Shown here piece after piece: positions 1-48,110 of a DNA stretch of 64,000 bases (positions are counted from its first letter, which is position 1; the number at the start of each line of letters is the position of its first letter). This stretch comes from Podarcis melisellensis (taxonomy: Eukaryota). The notes under the pieces were generated by a model, which was not told the DNA's origin, searched no databases, and saw nothing but the letters and a program-made list of their open reading frames with translations. The DNA is taken from assembly GCA_964234715.1 (NCBI GenBank), contig OZ174276.1. One strand, 5' to 3'. Both the position numbers and the translations under genes were made by a program.

Positions 1-110
1 CAGCGGCAGCAGGAGGCCCATTAGCTAAAGTGGTGCTTCAGGTTAAGAACAGTTTCAGGTTAAGAACGGACCTCCAGAACAAATTAAGTACTTAACCCGA
101 GGTACCACTG
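1..110 (+). mobile_element. Tc1/mariner (pogo/Tigger-like) MITE, truncated by the window edge
   Basis: Ends TAACCCGAGGTACCACTG followed by TA; same family as the six copies below. Confidence 0.85.
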
Positions 111-112
111 TA

Positions 113-660
113 GTTGGTTGGTGGTTCTTACTGTTTACAAGCATGATTTCCTCATACAAGTTCAGATTTGTATTAGCCTGTTTCCACAGCTTGCCATTCC
201 AGGTGACTGGATTGATGGGGGCATACCTGACGTTCAAAGACCACTCTGCCTTTCCAGTCTTTGGCAGGAAGAGGGCAGGATAACTCACCATGACGTTGCG
301 TTCAGCATCTCTGGAGAAGTTAACGATGTGGAGCAGTCTCTGGCTGTTCAGGAAACAGACCCAGGGCTACTCTTGTATTCACGTCCAAGCCGGGATGGAC
401 AGGTTACACTAGGGATCTGGGATGTGCTCTTTCAGGCTGTACTTGGAGAGAAGGCTGTGATTCTTTGTAACAGCAGCAGATAGGGCAGCATTCATGCATT
501 CAGAACGCTGAGCCTTGACTCCAGTAATGCACTTCACGCAGGGCTGCCCTTGATAACAGTTCAGATGCTTTAAACTGGTACAAAATGCTGTGGCTTGTCT
601 TGGGCAAGGTAATCAGGACCAAATTACACCAGTGCCAGAAATAGCTCCAATAGCCTTCCA
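113..660 (+). mobile_element. Decayed L2-type LINE ORF2 fragment
   Basis: ~510-600 translates SLDSSNALHAGLPLITVQML*LVQNAVA, resembling the L2 motif RLDYCN.LL.GLP...LQLVQNAAAR; in-frame stop. Confidence 0.6.
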
Positions 661-669
661 ATCTTTAAG

Positions 670-1357
670 GTACATGTGAAAAGGATCTAGGAGTCTTGGT
701 TGACCACAAACTTGACATGAGCCAACAGTGTGACGCGGCAGCTAAAAAAGCCAATGCAATTCTGGGCTGCATCAATAGGAATTGATCAAGGGATCTAGAT
801 CAAGGGAAGTAATAGTGCCACTGTATTCTGCTCTGGTCAGACCTCACCTGGAGTACTGTGTCCAGTTCTGGGCACCACAGTTCAAGAAGGACACTGACAA
901 ACTGGAACGTGTCCAGAGGAGGGCAACCAAAATGGTCAAAGGCCTGGAAACGATGCCTTATGAGGAACGGCTAAGGGAGCTGGGCATGTTTAGCCTGGAG
1001 AAGAGGAGGTTAAGGGGTGATATGATAGCCATGTTCAAATATATAAAAGGATGTCACATAGAGGAGAGAGAAAGGTTGTTTTCTGCTGCTCCAGAGAAGC
1101 GGACACGGAGCAGTGGTTCCAAACTACAAGAAAGAAGATTCCACCTAAACATTAGGAAGAACTTCCTGACAGTAAGAGCTGTTCGACAGTGGAATTTGCT
1201 GCCAAGGAGTGTGGTGGAGTCTCCTTCTTTGGAGGTCTTGAAGCAGAGGCTTGACAACCATATGTCAGGAGTGCTCTGATGGTGTTTCCTGCTTGGCAGG
1301 GGGTTGGACTCGATGGCCCTTGTGGTCTCTTCCAACTGTATGATTCTATTATTCTAC
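670..1357 (+). mobile_element. CR1 LINE 3' fragment (RT C-terminus plus 3'UTR)
   Basis: ORF 782-1279 carries [20 protein letters not shown]...[11 protein letters not shown]...[10 protein letters not shown]; ends in an ATTCT-type tail. Confidence 0.95.
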
Positions 1358-1634
1358 TTTTACTCATCGCTCTGTTTTATCATTTAATAGAGATAAGGAA
1401 TACCATGTACAACAGCAAACCAGGTCCACAATGATGAGAAAAGGGGCACTCTCAGCAACTGCCCCTTAACTTTGGGGTTCTCTTTCCCTGATCTTGAGAG
1501 CTGTATGTTGAAAGGAGGGCTGAAATCTTGGACTGTGTGCAACAAGGCACCCTGTCCCTTCGGCTTCACCTGGATTTTGCGCAAACAAAACCACACTTCA
1601 TCGCCCAAGAACCCAGTGAGAGAGCGTGACAGGC

Positions 1635-3266
1635 TGGTTTTCAAGTTAAGTATTTTATTATCAAAATTATTACATCTCTTGTGAAAGTTCAAATGTTACA
1701 GCACAGTGTACAACTCCACTTGAGGGCAGCGCTACAGCTCGCCCGCCTGCCCCCCAAACTTCCTGGTGGCTCCTTCCCAGCGACTGCACATAGAAGAGGC
1801 GCATCGCCTTTTGCCTGCTGATCTCCAGAATCATCGCTTGCAATGCTCATCCCCACGAGGCATGCTCAGCATGTCGGAAAGGGAGGCTGCAAAGCCCAGT
1901 GAAGCTGACACCCTTTTTTTATACAGTATATAGGACTTGTCTTGTGGGCGACAAGTTCTATCCCCAACACGCTAACAGCCAGACACTTTTGAAGGAAAGG
2001 GTTCGTTTATTTCTTCTGCTCTGCTCTGATCAATTTTAAAAGTTTCCTCTAAGTCGAATGAACACCTGATTTCAGTTGTGGATTAGAGAAACTTGTAACA
2101 GTCCTAATTATTATTATTTATTTATTTTTAAAAAGAAAGAAATGGGAGGGGGGGAAAGACTGTGCATCTGAGAAATGAGGGAAGACATGCTCACAGCAAT
2201 ATCTTGTCCGAGAGGAAACGAGAAGGTCCTTGGCAGGACCAGGGTTAGACCTGCCTGATATTTTTGCTAACCTACTATGGTTATAACTGAATATAAAATT
2301 AGATAAATAAAAACGCACGCTTGACAGGTAAACAAGTGAGAAAAGCTGGCAACTGTATGGAATTTGACAGAGCATTTGGCGGGCCTGGTGTTGTTGCTCT
2401 TGGGCCTCAGGGGGAGGTAGCAGGCGTGTTTCTCATGCACTCCATGATACTCTTTGACCACAGCAGCAGCAATGCCACCAGACTGGGCACCTCGCTCATC
2501 ACCCCCACCTAGAATTAGGGCAGGCGCCTAAAGCAAGCCACCGTCCATATTCCCACTGCCACAGCACTGGCCTCTTGGAACGAACTGACCACACCCCTAG
2601 GCCACCCCCTCACTGGCAGCGAGATGCCAACTTCAGAGGCATAGTATGGACTTACTAGAGTGACTTTTTGCAGCAATGCCTGCATGCACACCCTGCCCTC
2701 TCTCTCTCTCACACACACACACACGCACGCACGCACTCACACTGCTACCAGCCCCACCCCACGGCTCTTGCATCTCTCCCACAAATGCTCTTTATTTGCA
2801 ACTGGAATGATCAGAATGGACTAAGCCCCCAACCCTCCCCGACCAGAATACTCTGGGAACCCAACCTTGCAGAGAGCACTTTGGGATTTAGATTAACGCC
2901 CCCCTCCCCCCACATCTCCCCATCTCCCCTATTTATTTATTTTTTCTGATTTGCACTGGTTTCATATTCAAGCTTTCCCTACCTGCCCAGGTGGCTACAG
3001 CTAAGGGCACCGGTAGGAGACAGAGGCCATGCCACTCAGCACCGTTTGCTTTCTACAACGTACCCGGACACCAGGGAGATGCTTTTCTGCCCATTCTGCT
3101 GCCGCCGCCACTGCCTTCTCCTCCTTCCAAAGCCAGGGGCTGGCCGGCAGTGCTCTCTCTTGCCCAGGACACCCCAGAGCCCCAGAATCTGGGCCCTTTG
3201 CTGTCCCGGCATGGCTCCCCCACCAGCCACTGCCAGAAGGAACGGTGGGCTCTAGTCTGTCCTGCC
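1635..3266 (-). other. SETD5: SETD5 3'UTR
   Basis: Runs from the stop codon to the distal AATAAA and contains no recognisable interspersed repeats. The 3' end is approximate. Confidence 0.7.
1654..1659 (-). terminator. Polyadenylation signal AATAAA (distal); further AATAAA hexamers at 2006-2011 and 2121-2126
   Basis: tttatt on the + strand, in an AU-rich context (TGTAATAATTTTGATAATAAAATAC); repeat-derived DNA starts shortly downstream. Confidence 0.7.
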
Positions 3267-37383
<34,117 letters not shown>

Positions 37384-37398
37384 GACGTTTGTCAGGGA

Positions 37399-37479
37399 TC
37401 ACGGAGTCCAAAGGGTAGCGACTGGCGGCTCCAAGGGCGGGGAGCAGCCGCAGAGCCTCGGCCAACACGTCACGGACAT
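37399..37479 (-). promoter_or_regulatory. Upstream ORF (26 aa, MSVTCWPRLCGCSPPLEPPVATLWTP*) in the SETD5 5'UTR
   Basis: ATG 8 nt into the start-codon exon; TGA ends 15 nt before the main ATG, in the same frame. Confidence 0.7.
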
Positions 37480-39372
37480 GGGGAAACCTGCCAAGGGGAA
37501 AAGAAACAATGCACTGCATTTTTGTGTATCATTGCCACAGACATATGGTTCACCCTGCCTGCAAAACTATCCTAATGTTGAGGACAGTGCCGGCTGAAGG
37601 AATGAGAAACTTCAGAGGATGCGTGTTGTTTCTTGCCTCCGCATTACTTTTACATAATCTCCTCTCAAATATGGCCACCTGGTTCACATGCAGATATTTC
37701 CTCGTGCCATAAAAGAGAATGCCAAGCACAGGCAAGAGGCCCGCAGGCCTGTCTTGCAAAAGACGGTCACATGGGTAAAACTGCCAGTAGGGGAGGCAGA
37801 GCACAACGTGTGTGTGTGTGTGTTGAGGTAGAATCCCAGAGCAGCCAATGAGAAAAGAAAGCAGCATGGAAGGCATTTATTCATTTCTGTAATGATTTAT
37901 TTCAGAATGATCCTCCTCATGACAACCCTAGTGCCAAAATCCAGTTCCTGAGCTTCACAGATGTGCATGAGATGCAAAGTCATCTCCCAAATCCCTCATG
38001 CTCACTTGGGACAAGGTTTAACACAAGAGGAACGGGGGGGAAAGGGGCATATCTGAAATGGTGGTGAAAGGGGGAACAGTCGAAGGCAGATGGCTGCACA
38101 ATGAAGGAAGTAATGAGCCCAAAGGCCGTGCCTCTCTCTGTTTTGTACTCCGATACTAAAGTACAACATACAGTACATGTGCCTCTCTTCAGACCTGAAC
38201 ACAACGTGGACATTTAAACCACTGTGTTACTTGGAAACATACAGAGAAGCAGCTACCAGGAAAGGAACGGGCCCTACTCTTTCATATATTTTGCAGAGAC
38301 GAGTAACTAAACACACACAGATCCACCATTCAGATTTGGTATGCTATGTAATCCGGCATCTACACTCAACTGCAACTAAGTACAGAATGAGAAGCAGCCC
38401 TGATACAAAGGCCAACTTGAGGGAGGGGGGAGGACTTAAGAGTTGCAGTGGATGGTTCGGCCTGCATGCAACCTGTGTGTGCCTGCCTCAACAGAGCTCA
38501 AGGCCTTCCAGTAAGTGAGAGGATATCTAGTTTGTGCCTTGTGGGTGTATCCGGGGCTGTGCAGAGGGGCTCTATCCTTTGGGAATAGATTTGTACCTGC
38601 AGAACTGATCGCTTGTGGGAGGCGTTTACACCCAAGCTCTTGGAGGGCAGCAGGAGCTTGTGGGTTAAAGCAGGTGGGGAAAGCTCACCAGTAGGTGCTG
38701 CTGGCTCTAAAGGGTTCAGTGGTCGACTATCCACCTTGCCTTGCCACAAACTGCTTTTGTGGAACCAATGGTTCTTTGCCCGTGGTAGACATATTACTAA
38801 TTAACAATCTGTTCATTCCTACTACAGAGAACTTGGAACAGCTGCTGCCCACTGTAGCCTTTCAAGAACTTTCCTACCTCCACAAATTACCCATATGCAA
38901 GGATGAGGTCTGTGATGTGATCATGGTGGAATGTGGGAGAAGCAAATAAATGTTGCACTTTCTTTCTGACCTAGTTCCTTTGCACTTTCTTCCCATTCTT
39001 CAGGGCTAGCCATGCCATCAGGGCAGCTCTTTGCGTGGGAAACAAGCATTCAAGCTTTGTAATAATTACTAGTACAGGTTGGGCTAAATGCAGAAGGCAC
39101 AGAACTTAACATGCATCGCTCCCAGGCACCATCAGGTATCAAATCACTTCACCGATAGGCAAGCCTAGAAAAGGCTAGTAATCGTTCCCTTCTGAAAGAG
39201 GGTGTAGAAATATGGATCACATCTTGCTAGGAGGGGCTGGAAAATTTCTTCAGAATGTTTCTGCAGTTAATAGCATTATCTGCAGCCATAAAAGGAGCTA
39301 TATCACATGCACATTTCTACAGAGGAAGTATTTACCTGGCACATTAGAACCTGTGTGTGAAGGCATTCCTGA

Positions 39373-39374
<2 letters not shown>

Positions 39375-39408
<34 letters not shown>
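39375..39408. repeat. (CA)n microsatellite
   Basis: Direct reading. Confidence 0.95.
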
Positions 39409-39410
<2 letters not shown>

Positions 39411-41072
39411 TAAGAGAATATGCAATTGCAGATTGTCTTTGGAGTCTTCCATTCTGTCCAGGAATGCTCACTACTGTGTGAAGCAGTGAATGTGAGCTGC
39501 ACTGGTACTCAAACAAGGTTTTGCCCCACTTATTCACAGGCAAGAGCATGGGAATCCCAGGGGTTCCTTTAAGGTTTGCCAAACAGTCCAAATATTGGTT
39601 TGCTTGAACTGAAGGGCAGTTCAGAAATGCTGCCACACAGAATGGCAAGCACCATTCTGGTTCCTTCTGAGAACTGGCCACGCAATGAAAGAAAGGCCTG
39701 CATCTGTTTCTAGTCCAACAGCCCTAAGCCAGATTCGCAAGGAATTAGGAAGAACATCAAGGCTCATCCTTAATTAAGAAAAAACAACAACAGCTTAATT
39801 ATGGACAGTATCTTGTAGGAGGAACTTCAGTAATGGAAAAGCACAGGGGAATTTAGTTGCTTTCACCCACAAGACTATCGCTACTTAATAGTGGAGCACC
39901 AACAATGTGCTAGACATGGAACCCAATACCAACGCAATATGACCCCTGAACAAAGAGCTCACAAAACTAAGTACAACAGAAATAACAAAGAAAATGGGAG
40001 CCAACAAGGCTTGATAAATGGAAGAGCAGGGACATGTTTTGGATCTTACAAGTGAGGATTATGCAGAGACTGGAAGCAGCCACTAGGCTGACTCATGCAG
40101 CCCTACAAACATTAAGGAGAAGGTCTCACCCATACAACACAACGAGGTTCTCTAGTAACAACAACAACAACACCAGGGCAGGTGTACAACCAGGCTGTCG
40201 TTGTACAGGAACTGAAATTACTTGATGCCTTGATCTGGGGATCTGTTCAAGGGAGAGAGGGCAGTATCAATTTTTTCCTGGTAGTGTTATATGGAAATGG
40301 CCAGAATAGACTAAATATGCCATCTATAAATCAACTCCATGACTATCAAATCTGAAACTGCCTCAACATTCAGGATGCAAGAGCAACAGAATAGTGCAAC
40401 CTTTGTTTCAACCATCTCCCTTTATCCTTCACTCCCATCTGACCGATGTGGCTGAGACTTTGGAGGCAAGATGAAGAGCCGGCTGGAACGTTTTGTCTAT
40501 AAAGACAATAAGACAATGAAGCTCAGTGCCCCCTCCTCTGGACTAGGCTGGGTTCAAACCAAAGGGGCTGCTCTGTGGGGGCTTAATCCTTTTCTGCTGA
40601 ATCTCATGAGCTGTGTCTCTGAATTCTGAAAAAGAAGGGGGCAGGGCTCCCAGTCTAGTTTGAGCCCCAGACAAGGCAGAAGGATGCCCAGTCATTAGAA
40701 TTCTCTCTGGCCGACATAATGCAGCCAATACAAAGCACCAAACAATCATAAACATTTCTAACACCCAATAATGGTGATAATGTCCACCTTTCTTCTAAAG
40801 ACCAAAAAGGGCGTGCATCTTTTGAAAACCGCATTGTAAATCAAGAGAGGGGGAGCTGGACAGGAATCAGAATTAGAACTCTCCTGAAAGGTTTCATCAG
40901 TCTATACAAGTCTCCCACACTGATCTTACTTTCTACATGGCATAGGGTAGATTCAGGTGGCTTCAAGACTCATATGACAGTGAAGAAAAAGCTATACCAC
41001 CAGTGAGATTGAGGAGAGAAACTCTGAGTGATCCATGTGCAACTTTTACTGCCATCCTCAACACACAGTTCT

Positions 41073-41320
41073 TAAAGGTAAAGTAAAGGGACCCCCTGAC
41101 CATTAGGTCCAGTTGTGACCGACTCTGGGGTTGCAGCGCTCATCTCGCTTTATTGGCCGAGGGAGCCGGCGTACAGCTTCCAGGTCATGTGGCCAGCATG
41201 ACTAAGCCGCTTCTGGTGAACCAGAGCAGTGCATGGAAATGCCGTTTACCTTCCCGCCGGAGCAGTACCTATTTATCTACTTGTACTCTGATGTGCTTTC
41301 AAACTGCTCGGTTGGCAGGA
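41073..41320 (-). mobile_element. Sauria SINE (Squam1-type), 5'-truncated, reverse orientation
   Basis: Reverse complement of the body of the 23290 copy, beginning with an AAAGGT tail. Confidence 0.9.
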
Positions 41321-42165
41321 GAGAATAAATAGCCCCTATACTGCGAATATGGTTCCAAACAAACAAACACATAGATTTGCAGCTGTAATCACGTGTTTGA
41401 TGGTAACTTATGAAGCTACAGACAAGTCTTTATTTATTAAGGTATTCATATTCCACCCTATGATGAAATCAAATTCAAAGCAGCCTACAAATAAAATAGT
41501 CAATTGATTAATTGCAAGCTTAAAATGTCAATCAACCAATTTCAATGGCCAATGGCCTCTGAAGATGTGAGACAGGTTATGATACAGCATTAACTTGTAT
41601 CCTAGACAGAGCCACATAACATCCGATATCAAAACTGGTGAATATCAAAACTTGGGAGTTCTGTGTATCTATCCAAAACAATGATGTGATCAGCAGTGAT
41701 CTGCTGGTCACCCTTCAATCTGGGTGTCACATTCTGAAAATTATCAAGGAAGCATAGTACTGTATTCAGGCCCTGTATACCTGGTTGGGTGTAAAAGTCA
41801 AGTGCAATAATGCATAAAATAGGGATAGCGACAGAGTCTGTGTTAGATGTTGAACCTGAAACATTGCTTTAAGGCCTGTAGCAGTTTGCATTATTCAGGG
41901 GTGTGGGTGTAGGTGTGGGTGGGTGTTCCTAGCATATATAATAGCAAAGGTGAAGAAGAAGAAAAACTGCCTTAATTATATTTTTCCAAGTTTCTTCACA
42001 TTTGGATACAGTTATAAACTACCACATATTCACAAAATACACTGTCATCTTAACAAAAAACGTTGGGAGAATTATGCTAGCAAGAAAACTGCAGTCACAG
42101 TTTTCACTGTTAACAAACTAACAGAGTGATCAAGATGGTTGACACATAACATTAAACCGAACAGG

Positions 42166-42320
42166 TTGAGTGATAAACTCAGTTTGGTAGAGCATGAGAC
42201 TCTTTAATCTCAGAGTTGTGGGTTTGAGTCCCAAGTTGGTTGAGAGATTTCTGCATTGCAGACGGTCGAACTAGATGACCCTCGTGGTCCCTTCCAACTC
42301 TACAAATCTATGATTCTGTG
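42166..42320 (+). mobile_element. tRNA-Lys-derived SINE with CR1-type 3' tail (resembles the lacertid P.s.1/Squam2-type SINE)
   Basis: Head CTCAGTTTGGTAGAGCATGAGACTCTTTAATCTCAGAGTTGTGGGTTTGAGTCCCA (degenerate tRNA-Lys), fused to GGTCCCTTCCAACTCTACAAATCTATGATTCTGTG. Confidence 0.8.
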
Positions 42321-43749
42321 AACTTGTGTTTAACATGTGCAAATTCTTTGCTCCTCTCCAGCTCCTGGATGCACTGCGTGTGGCAGAAACAAAACCATAA
42401 AGAAGGCAGAGTCTGGTGGGCCATGTCATGAGGAGCAGGCCCCTGGTTTTGTTTCTCTCCAAACAAACCACGAAGAGGGGCCAAGGTTTGTTCTTGGCCA
42501 GCCTATCGTTGTTTGGAGAGAAACAAACCCCGAGCCCACAAAAGCTTGGGTTTGCACATGAGGCCCAACACTAGCTTGTTTCCTCTGACCACAAAGCACA
42601 GGAAAGAGCTGAGCGAGGAGCAAAACACCTGCATGTGTTAAAACTATGTCTTAATATTGTTTGCAAACTGGGCCACTGCCTCCTTGGCTTCTGGGTCACG
42701 GCCTCCATATTTCAAACCTTCCTTATCTGCCCATGTCTCTAGGCCTTGTGTAACCATTTCTCCCAACACTTCTTCCTCAATTTCTTTCCCCCTCAGATCT
42801 GTGCATCCTCTGCATATGCCTTCCCTTCATATTCTTGTTTCCAAATACACTGGGTTCTTCAGCCATGCTGATAGCTCTGTAAAATCAGCAAAGTAGCAAC
42901 TACACACCATTTTACAGGATTGTCATTCTTTGTCACGCCAGCCCTGAAAATGTCGTTCTGAGATGGTCCTGAAAACTGGCTGAAAGCACACAAATATGAA
43001 CAGAAACTAAGAAAGAGTCAAACAGTGAAAATCAGGAAGGACTAGCATTATTGAGTCAATGATCTAGAAGAGAAACACATGTGCAGCTGATACTAAAGTA
43101 GAATTAATGAGAATGAAAATCAGAGGAACAAGCAATTTCAGAAACACACCAAACAACAAAAATGCAAGCCAACTCTTCTGGATTCATTTCCCCCAGACCA
43201 CATTCAGAGGGAGGGGAAACAGCTAAGGAGGAGGCCAGCACAAGGCACATTAGATCTTAGTTTGATATCAACTATAGGAACGAAGCAGCTGGGGTGGTTT
43301 TGGAACAGCACAAAGACAGGCATTATGTCACAGAAGAGGCCCCTGCATTCACTTATAGCATATGGAATAGTGCATCTGACAAAGCAAAGGAGAGGAAGGG
43401 GCCTAGTATCAAATGCTGCAGTTGCATCCCCTGATTTTTGGGTAGCTTCCCTGAACAATTTGGTGGGATGAGTAAACTTGGTCACACACCACTGCTCACT
43501 CCTAACACATCAAAAAGTTTTTTGCAAGTCCAAGTACACATCTACTGGATTCAACTCTATTCATATTGATACTCTCAAAGAACATGAATAGGTTAGTCAG
43601 GCAGCACTTATATTTGCAGGAGACATGCTGATTCTTCTTCAGCACTATTTGTTCTTCAATATGCTTGATAATGAGAGCTGAGCTCTCAACTGTGGCTCCT
43701 AGAAGCTGCCAGCATGCAACAGTGGCCACACCCCAGTTATGGCTTCGAC

Positions 43750-44350
43750 TGGCTGGCTAAACCAGATGAGGGTAGCCAATGGGTCTCAAACTCTTAGTGA
43801 GTTAGGGACTTCACCTGAATGCGAAGACAGGCTTTGGCGGATTGAACAGATGAGACCAACCGTGGGTCCAGGGGTCAAGAAAGCGTTTTCTGTTTGTGGT
43901 GTGGAGGAAAGTGAGGGACAAATCCAGAGTGGAGTCCCTAAGGCGGTTGGATGGCACCTTGTACACCTCCTTCTGGCAACTCTTGCAGCCAAGCTGGTGC
44001 CAAATGTATTGCTCTGCTGTCCTTTAGACCAGTGCTCCCCAACCTTGGGCCTCCAGCTGTTTTTGGACTACAATTCCCATCATCCTTGACCACTGGTCTT
44101 GCTAGCGAGGGATGATGGGAGTTGTAGTCCAAAAACAGCTGGAGGCCCAAGGTTGGGGGACACTGCTTTAGACCACACCAGTGAGGCTGAGAGCAGGGTT
44201 TTGTCGTCTGGGCAGCCCAGGACCTCCAGACACACTGCCCAGGCTTGCGTCCTGGCGAGGTCGCAAACCACTAACACAGTGGTTTGACCTCACCCCCGGA
44301 GAGTCGCTCCATTGCCTCTTGAGAAAGACAGGCACAAACAACAACAACAG
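43750..44350. mobile_element. Interspersed retroelement remnant (possibly RTE-related), interrupted by a hAT MITE
   Basis: GC-richer, repeat-like sequence ending in (CAA)n; family assignment uncertain. Confidence 0.35.
44030..44165. mobile_element. Palindromic hAT-type MITE
   Basis: Long inverted arms CAGTG..CCCCAACCTTGGGCCTCCAGCTGTTTTTGGACTACAA; perfect 8-bp TSD CTTTAGAC. Confidence 0.9.
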
Positions 44351-47300
44351 TGCTTGATGATTTTGTGTTTAATAATGCTTTTCATATTAGTTTTCCAGAA
44401 CAGCTAAGTGGTCTGTAATTTCCTGAATCTCTCCCTACTCCCCTGATTTTTTTTTTAAAATGGTATTGCACTGGCCACTTCACAATCCCCAGGTATGGAG
44501 ACTGTTATTAGGGACAAGTTACATAATTTTATCACAAGAACAGCAATTTCACATTTGGGCGGGTGCCATCTGGATCCAGGGATTTGTTAAGCTTTTGACA
44601 AGGCCTAGAATTTGTCTCCAACCACTATTTAAATTGTAAGTTTATTAAATTTATTAGAAAAGCTTTATTAAAAAAAACTTGGCATCTTACAGCAATTAAA
44701 ATATACAAAATATTTTTTTAAAACTGTAACATAAATGTGTATAATAAAATGAGACAACCCTCTCTCCCTCCAAGAATGAAAAATAATCAGGAATAGTTAA
44801 TTAACATTATGCTGATATTTAAAAATCAGCCAATCACATCCCATTAAATGAGTGGGAGTAGAGTAATAGCCTGGAACCACTGTAAAGCAGTATACCCCTC
44901 CCCAACTCAGGCAATCTCTCCATGAAGATGCTACAGGAAATACTACTGAAAAGCACCAAAATCTCTCTCCTGGCACAGTTCCTTGAGCATGTCACCCAGG
45001 AAAGCTTCTATACCTTAGATTCTTCCTAAGAGAGTTGGTACAGGCACAGCAATCTGAACTACATCTTCTGCATTGAGGATAGATGCAAAGAATTCATTCA
45101 GCTTCTCTGCTCTCACTCTTTTACTCCAATCGCTCACATTTAACTCCTTCATCATCCAAAAATCCAGCCATCTCCCCAGCTGGTTTGCTGCCTCTAATGT
45201 ATTTTGAAGAGGGTTCTTTAAAAAGTTGACTTAAGTGTTTTTACTGATGCACTGTCTCATTCTTCTTTTGCATCCCTTGTTATCAGCTTGCATTTCTTTT
45301 GCTCAAATTACTGCTCATTTTTGTTCTCATTTGGGCATTCAGCTTGTTCTACACTTTTCATATTAGACAGCCATTCCACAGAGTGTAGCCACTTTAATTT
45401 TGTTTTTATGCTAGTTGCCTCGTTGGTGGATAAGGCGGGGTTGTGCTTAATAGCTTTCTATTTGTAAATCATAGGACACGGGGTATAAGGCCTGAATAAA
45501 ACAGAAGCTGGTAGATGAAGCATATGAAAAAGCAGGAGGGGGGGTGAGCCATTTCAGCACTGAAGGCTGAGCTGGAAATAGATTACAAGCTAGAGGGCTG
45601 CAGTTGATTTACATATTTTAGTTGCATGTTGCCAGGCATACTGCATTTACTCTACACTGGATCCTCAGCACTGTGATCGATTGTCTCAGATGTGAAAAAC
45701 CTGAGTTATCCCTTAAATTATAAATTCAACATCCAAATTGATATTTGTTAGTTGGGCAATCAATTTTTTGCTGCTTTGCTTCCTATTTCTATTATTCAAA
45801 CGTTGTCACTGCACGATTTTTCAGCCACAGGACAAAAAGCTACATTTACCAAATGAAAACGAGGGTTCTCTAAATTGGGAAAGCCTTCCCCAGTCTTTCT
45901 CTGACACAAAAGGATGGTTCAGGGACCAATATGAAATACTTTCATAGTGAGTCAGACTAATGGATCATCTAGTCTAGCAGTCAACCCCAATTAGCATCCG
46001 GCCACAATTTATCACTCCAAACTGTCTGGAAGCCTTGATATTAGAATTCTAATTCAGGATATAACAGTGAAAAAACCTGGGATGACCACAAGGAAGGTCC
46101 ATGCTCTATCATAAACACCACATGAAAAGGTGGTGACACCACGTGTCTTCTGAGATTCACAGTTAAAGGGGGCCATAGCATCAAGGTGAGAACTCATAAA
46201 TACCTTGCTTTTCAATCCAAAGTGTGTGGGAGGTGGTGATGGGGGATATGTGAAAGCAAAATACCTTATTGGAAATAGTTAAAGCAGGCCTTTGCTTTTA
46301 AAAACATGAATCCTTACAAACCTGTCAGTAAAGTATCACTCCCTAAATTATTTTACATAGATGGCATTTGGGAGAAAAATAATGCAAACAGCTGAATCAT
46401 AAGAAAACGGTGCAGTAAACAGGCTCAGCTGGACTGGAACTCAAATTCAGATCAACCCCTTCAGAATTCCCAGGACAATCACAGAAGCTGCAGCAAATTA
46501 CCGATTACAATGCTAGCAACTGTAATGTGCACATGCTATATATCTGCCACCAAGAGAAGGCAATGCCTGACAAAATTTGCCAGGAACCGGTTGCTAGATT
46601 GGAAAGGAGAGAGCTCTGCATCTGCAAATCTGGCGACAGGCTTCTTATATTCAAGGACGTCATGTGACAGGCCTACTCTGCCTGCTTGGCCACTCCCAGA
46701 AAAGGCAAACAAAACCACTCCAGAGTGAATTCCAGCAGGGATTTCAAAGGCAGACATTGCATCAGCCAGGTGTACAGGAAGCAGCTGGGATTCAGAGTCC
46801 AAAGGGCAGCTGACCTACTGAGAGGCTCTCAGAGCAAGCTCTCTTTCTGGAATCCTGTGGGAAGGATGAGCAGGAAGGAGGAGAAATGCTTCAGAGACAG
46901 AACAGGCCGCATCTGCTTCACAAAGTCTTTGTACTAGTGCTCCGGACCTGGCTGCTCTCCCAGAGATGATGCAATCCCAAGGAACAAGGTCTGCGCCAGA
47001 GAGAAGTATTCACAGCCTATGCAGATGGCAAGTCAGCCAAGGGATCTCTGATGAAAACACGCCCGAGCCAATCCAAAAGCAGCAGCCTCCCTTCCCCACA
47101 GCTACCCCACCCCACCATTTGGTAGAGGAAGGAATCCCACGTTTCATGTCATTGCCCCCGTGACTGAAGACCGACGGACGGAGGAACTAAGCATTTATGC
47201 TGCCTTAGAATGTTTCCCACCTCAGACTGTCTGAGGAGGAGGAAGGGAAGGAATAAAAATGCACGCAATATGGGGTGGGAAATACCCAGATCCTTTCCTA

Positions 47301-48110
47301 ACACCCTAACTATAAGCGCAGGGCTCTCTCCAATCACTTCCTTGTCAGTACAAGTCTAAACTCCCCAAACACGTACACAGCAGCTCTGCTGTGACTGGCT
47401 GCCTTGGCCCTACTCTCAGAAACCATGCAGAGACACAGCACTGGGAACCATGGCAACACGACACAGTGCAGCAATTATGGAGCCGTGGCAGCTACTCTAT
47501 ACTTAAGGTTCAGCCCCTACCTCCATTATAAACCTGATTTTATTCCTCCCTCCCCTTAAAAGTTACCAGCAAATGATCCTTCAGACCGATCAAACTGATC
47601 GTATATGTTTTGCAGGCTGCTGCCATGGGGGTGGGGAGAGGGCAGGGAGGGTGGAACAGTAAACCAGAAACTGTTTGGAAAATTTCAGTACAGAGAAGTG
47701 GGATCAGCTACTTAAGACAAACTCCCTCTCCCTCCTGCACTCTCTCTCGTCGTCTTGCAGGGTCTGACATGTTGTTAGAAGCACTCATAACCAAATTTAA
47801 GCTTGATGGTGCTGGTATGATTCAGGAGCCACAGAATCAGTCCATAGGCTGCCAAATGGACACTTAAGCCCTTTCTGGGCACTCCTAAACAGGTTTACAT
47901 TATCACTCACATGATTTGGGGGGTCAACGTTCTAAGAACCATCAACACAGTAAGTACCATGCAACAGCACAACTGGGAGGTGAATGGGTAGCCATATTCA
48001 CTACAGACAAGTTAGGACTACATGTTGGTGAGTTACTCTGCTGTAAAGCTATGTTAATGGCTTGTACACATCTGTATAGGCCTAGCACCCAGCTTGCTGC
48101 AGTATCTTTG

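Noticed and set aside
782-1279. 165-aa ORF as a host gene
   Set aside because: It is the C-terminal part of CR1 ORF2 in a 5'-truncated retrotransposon copy.
42166-42240. tRNA-Lys gene
   Set aside because: The acceptor stem and anticodon loop are degenerate, and it is fused to a CR1 tail, so it is a SINE head.
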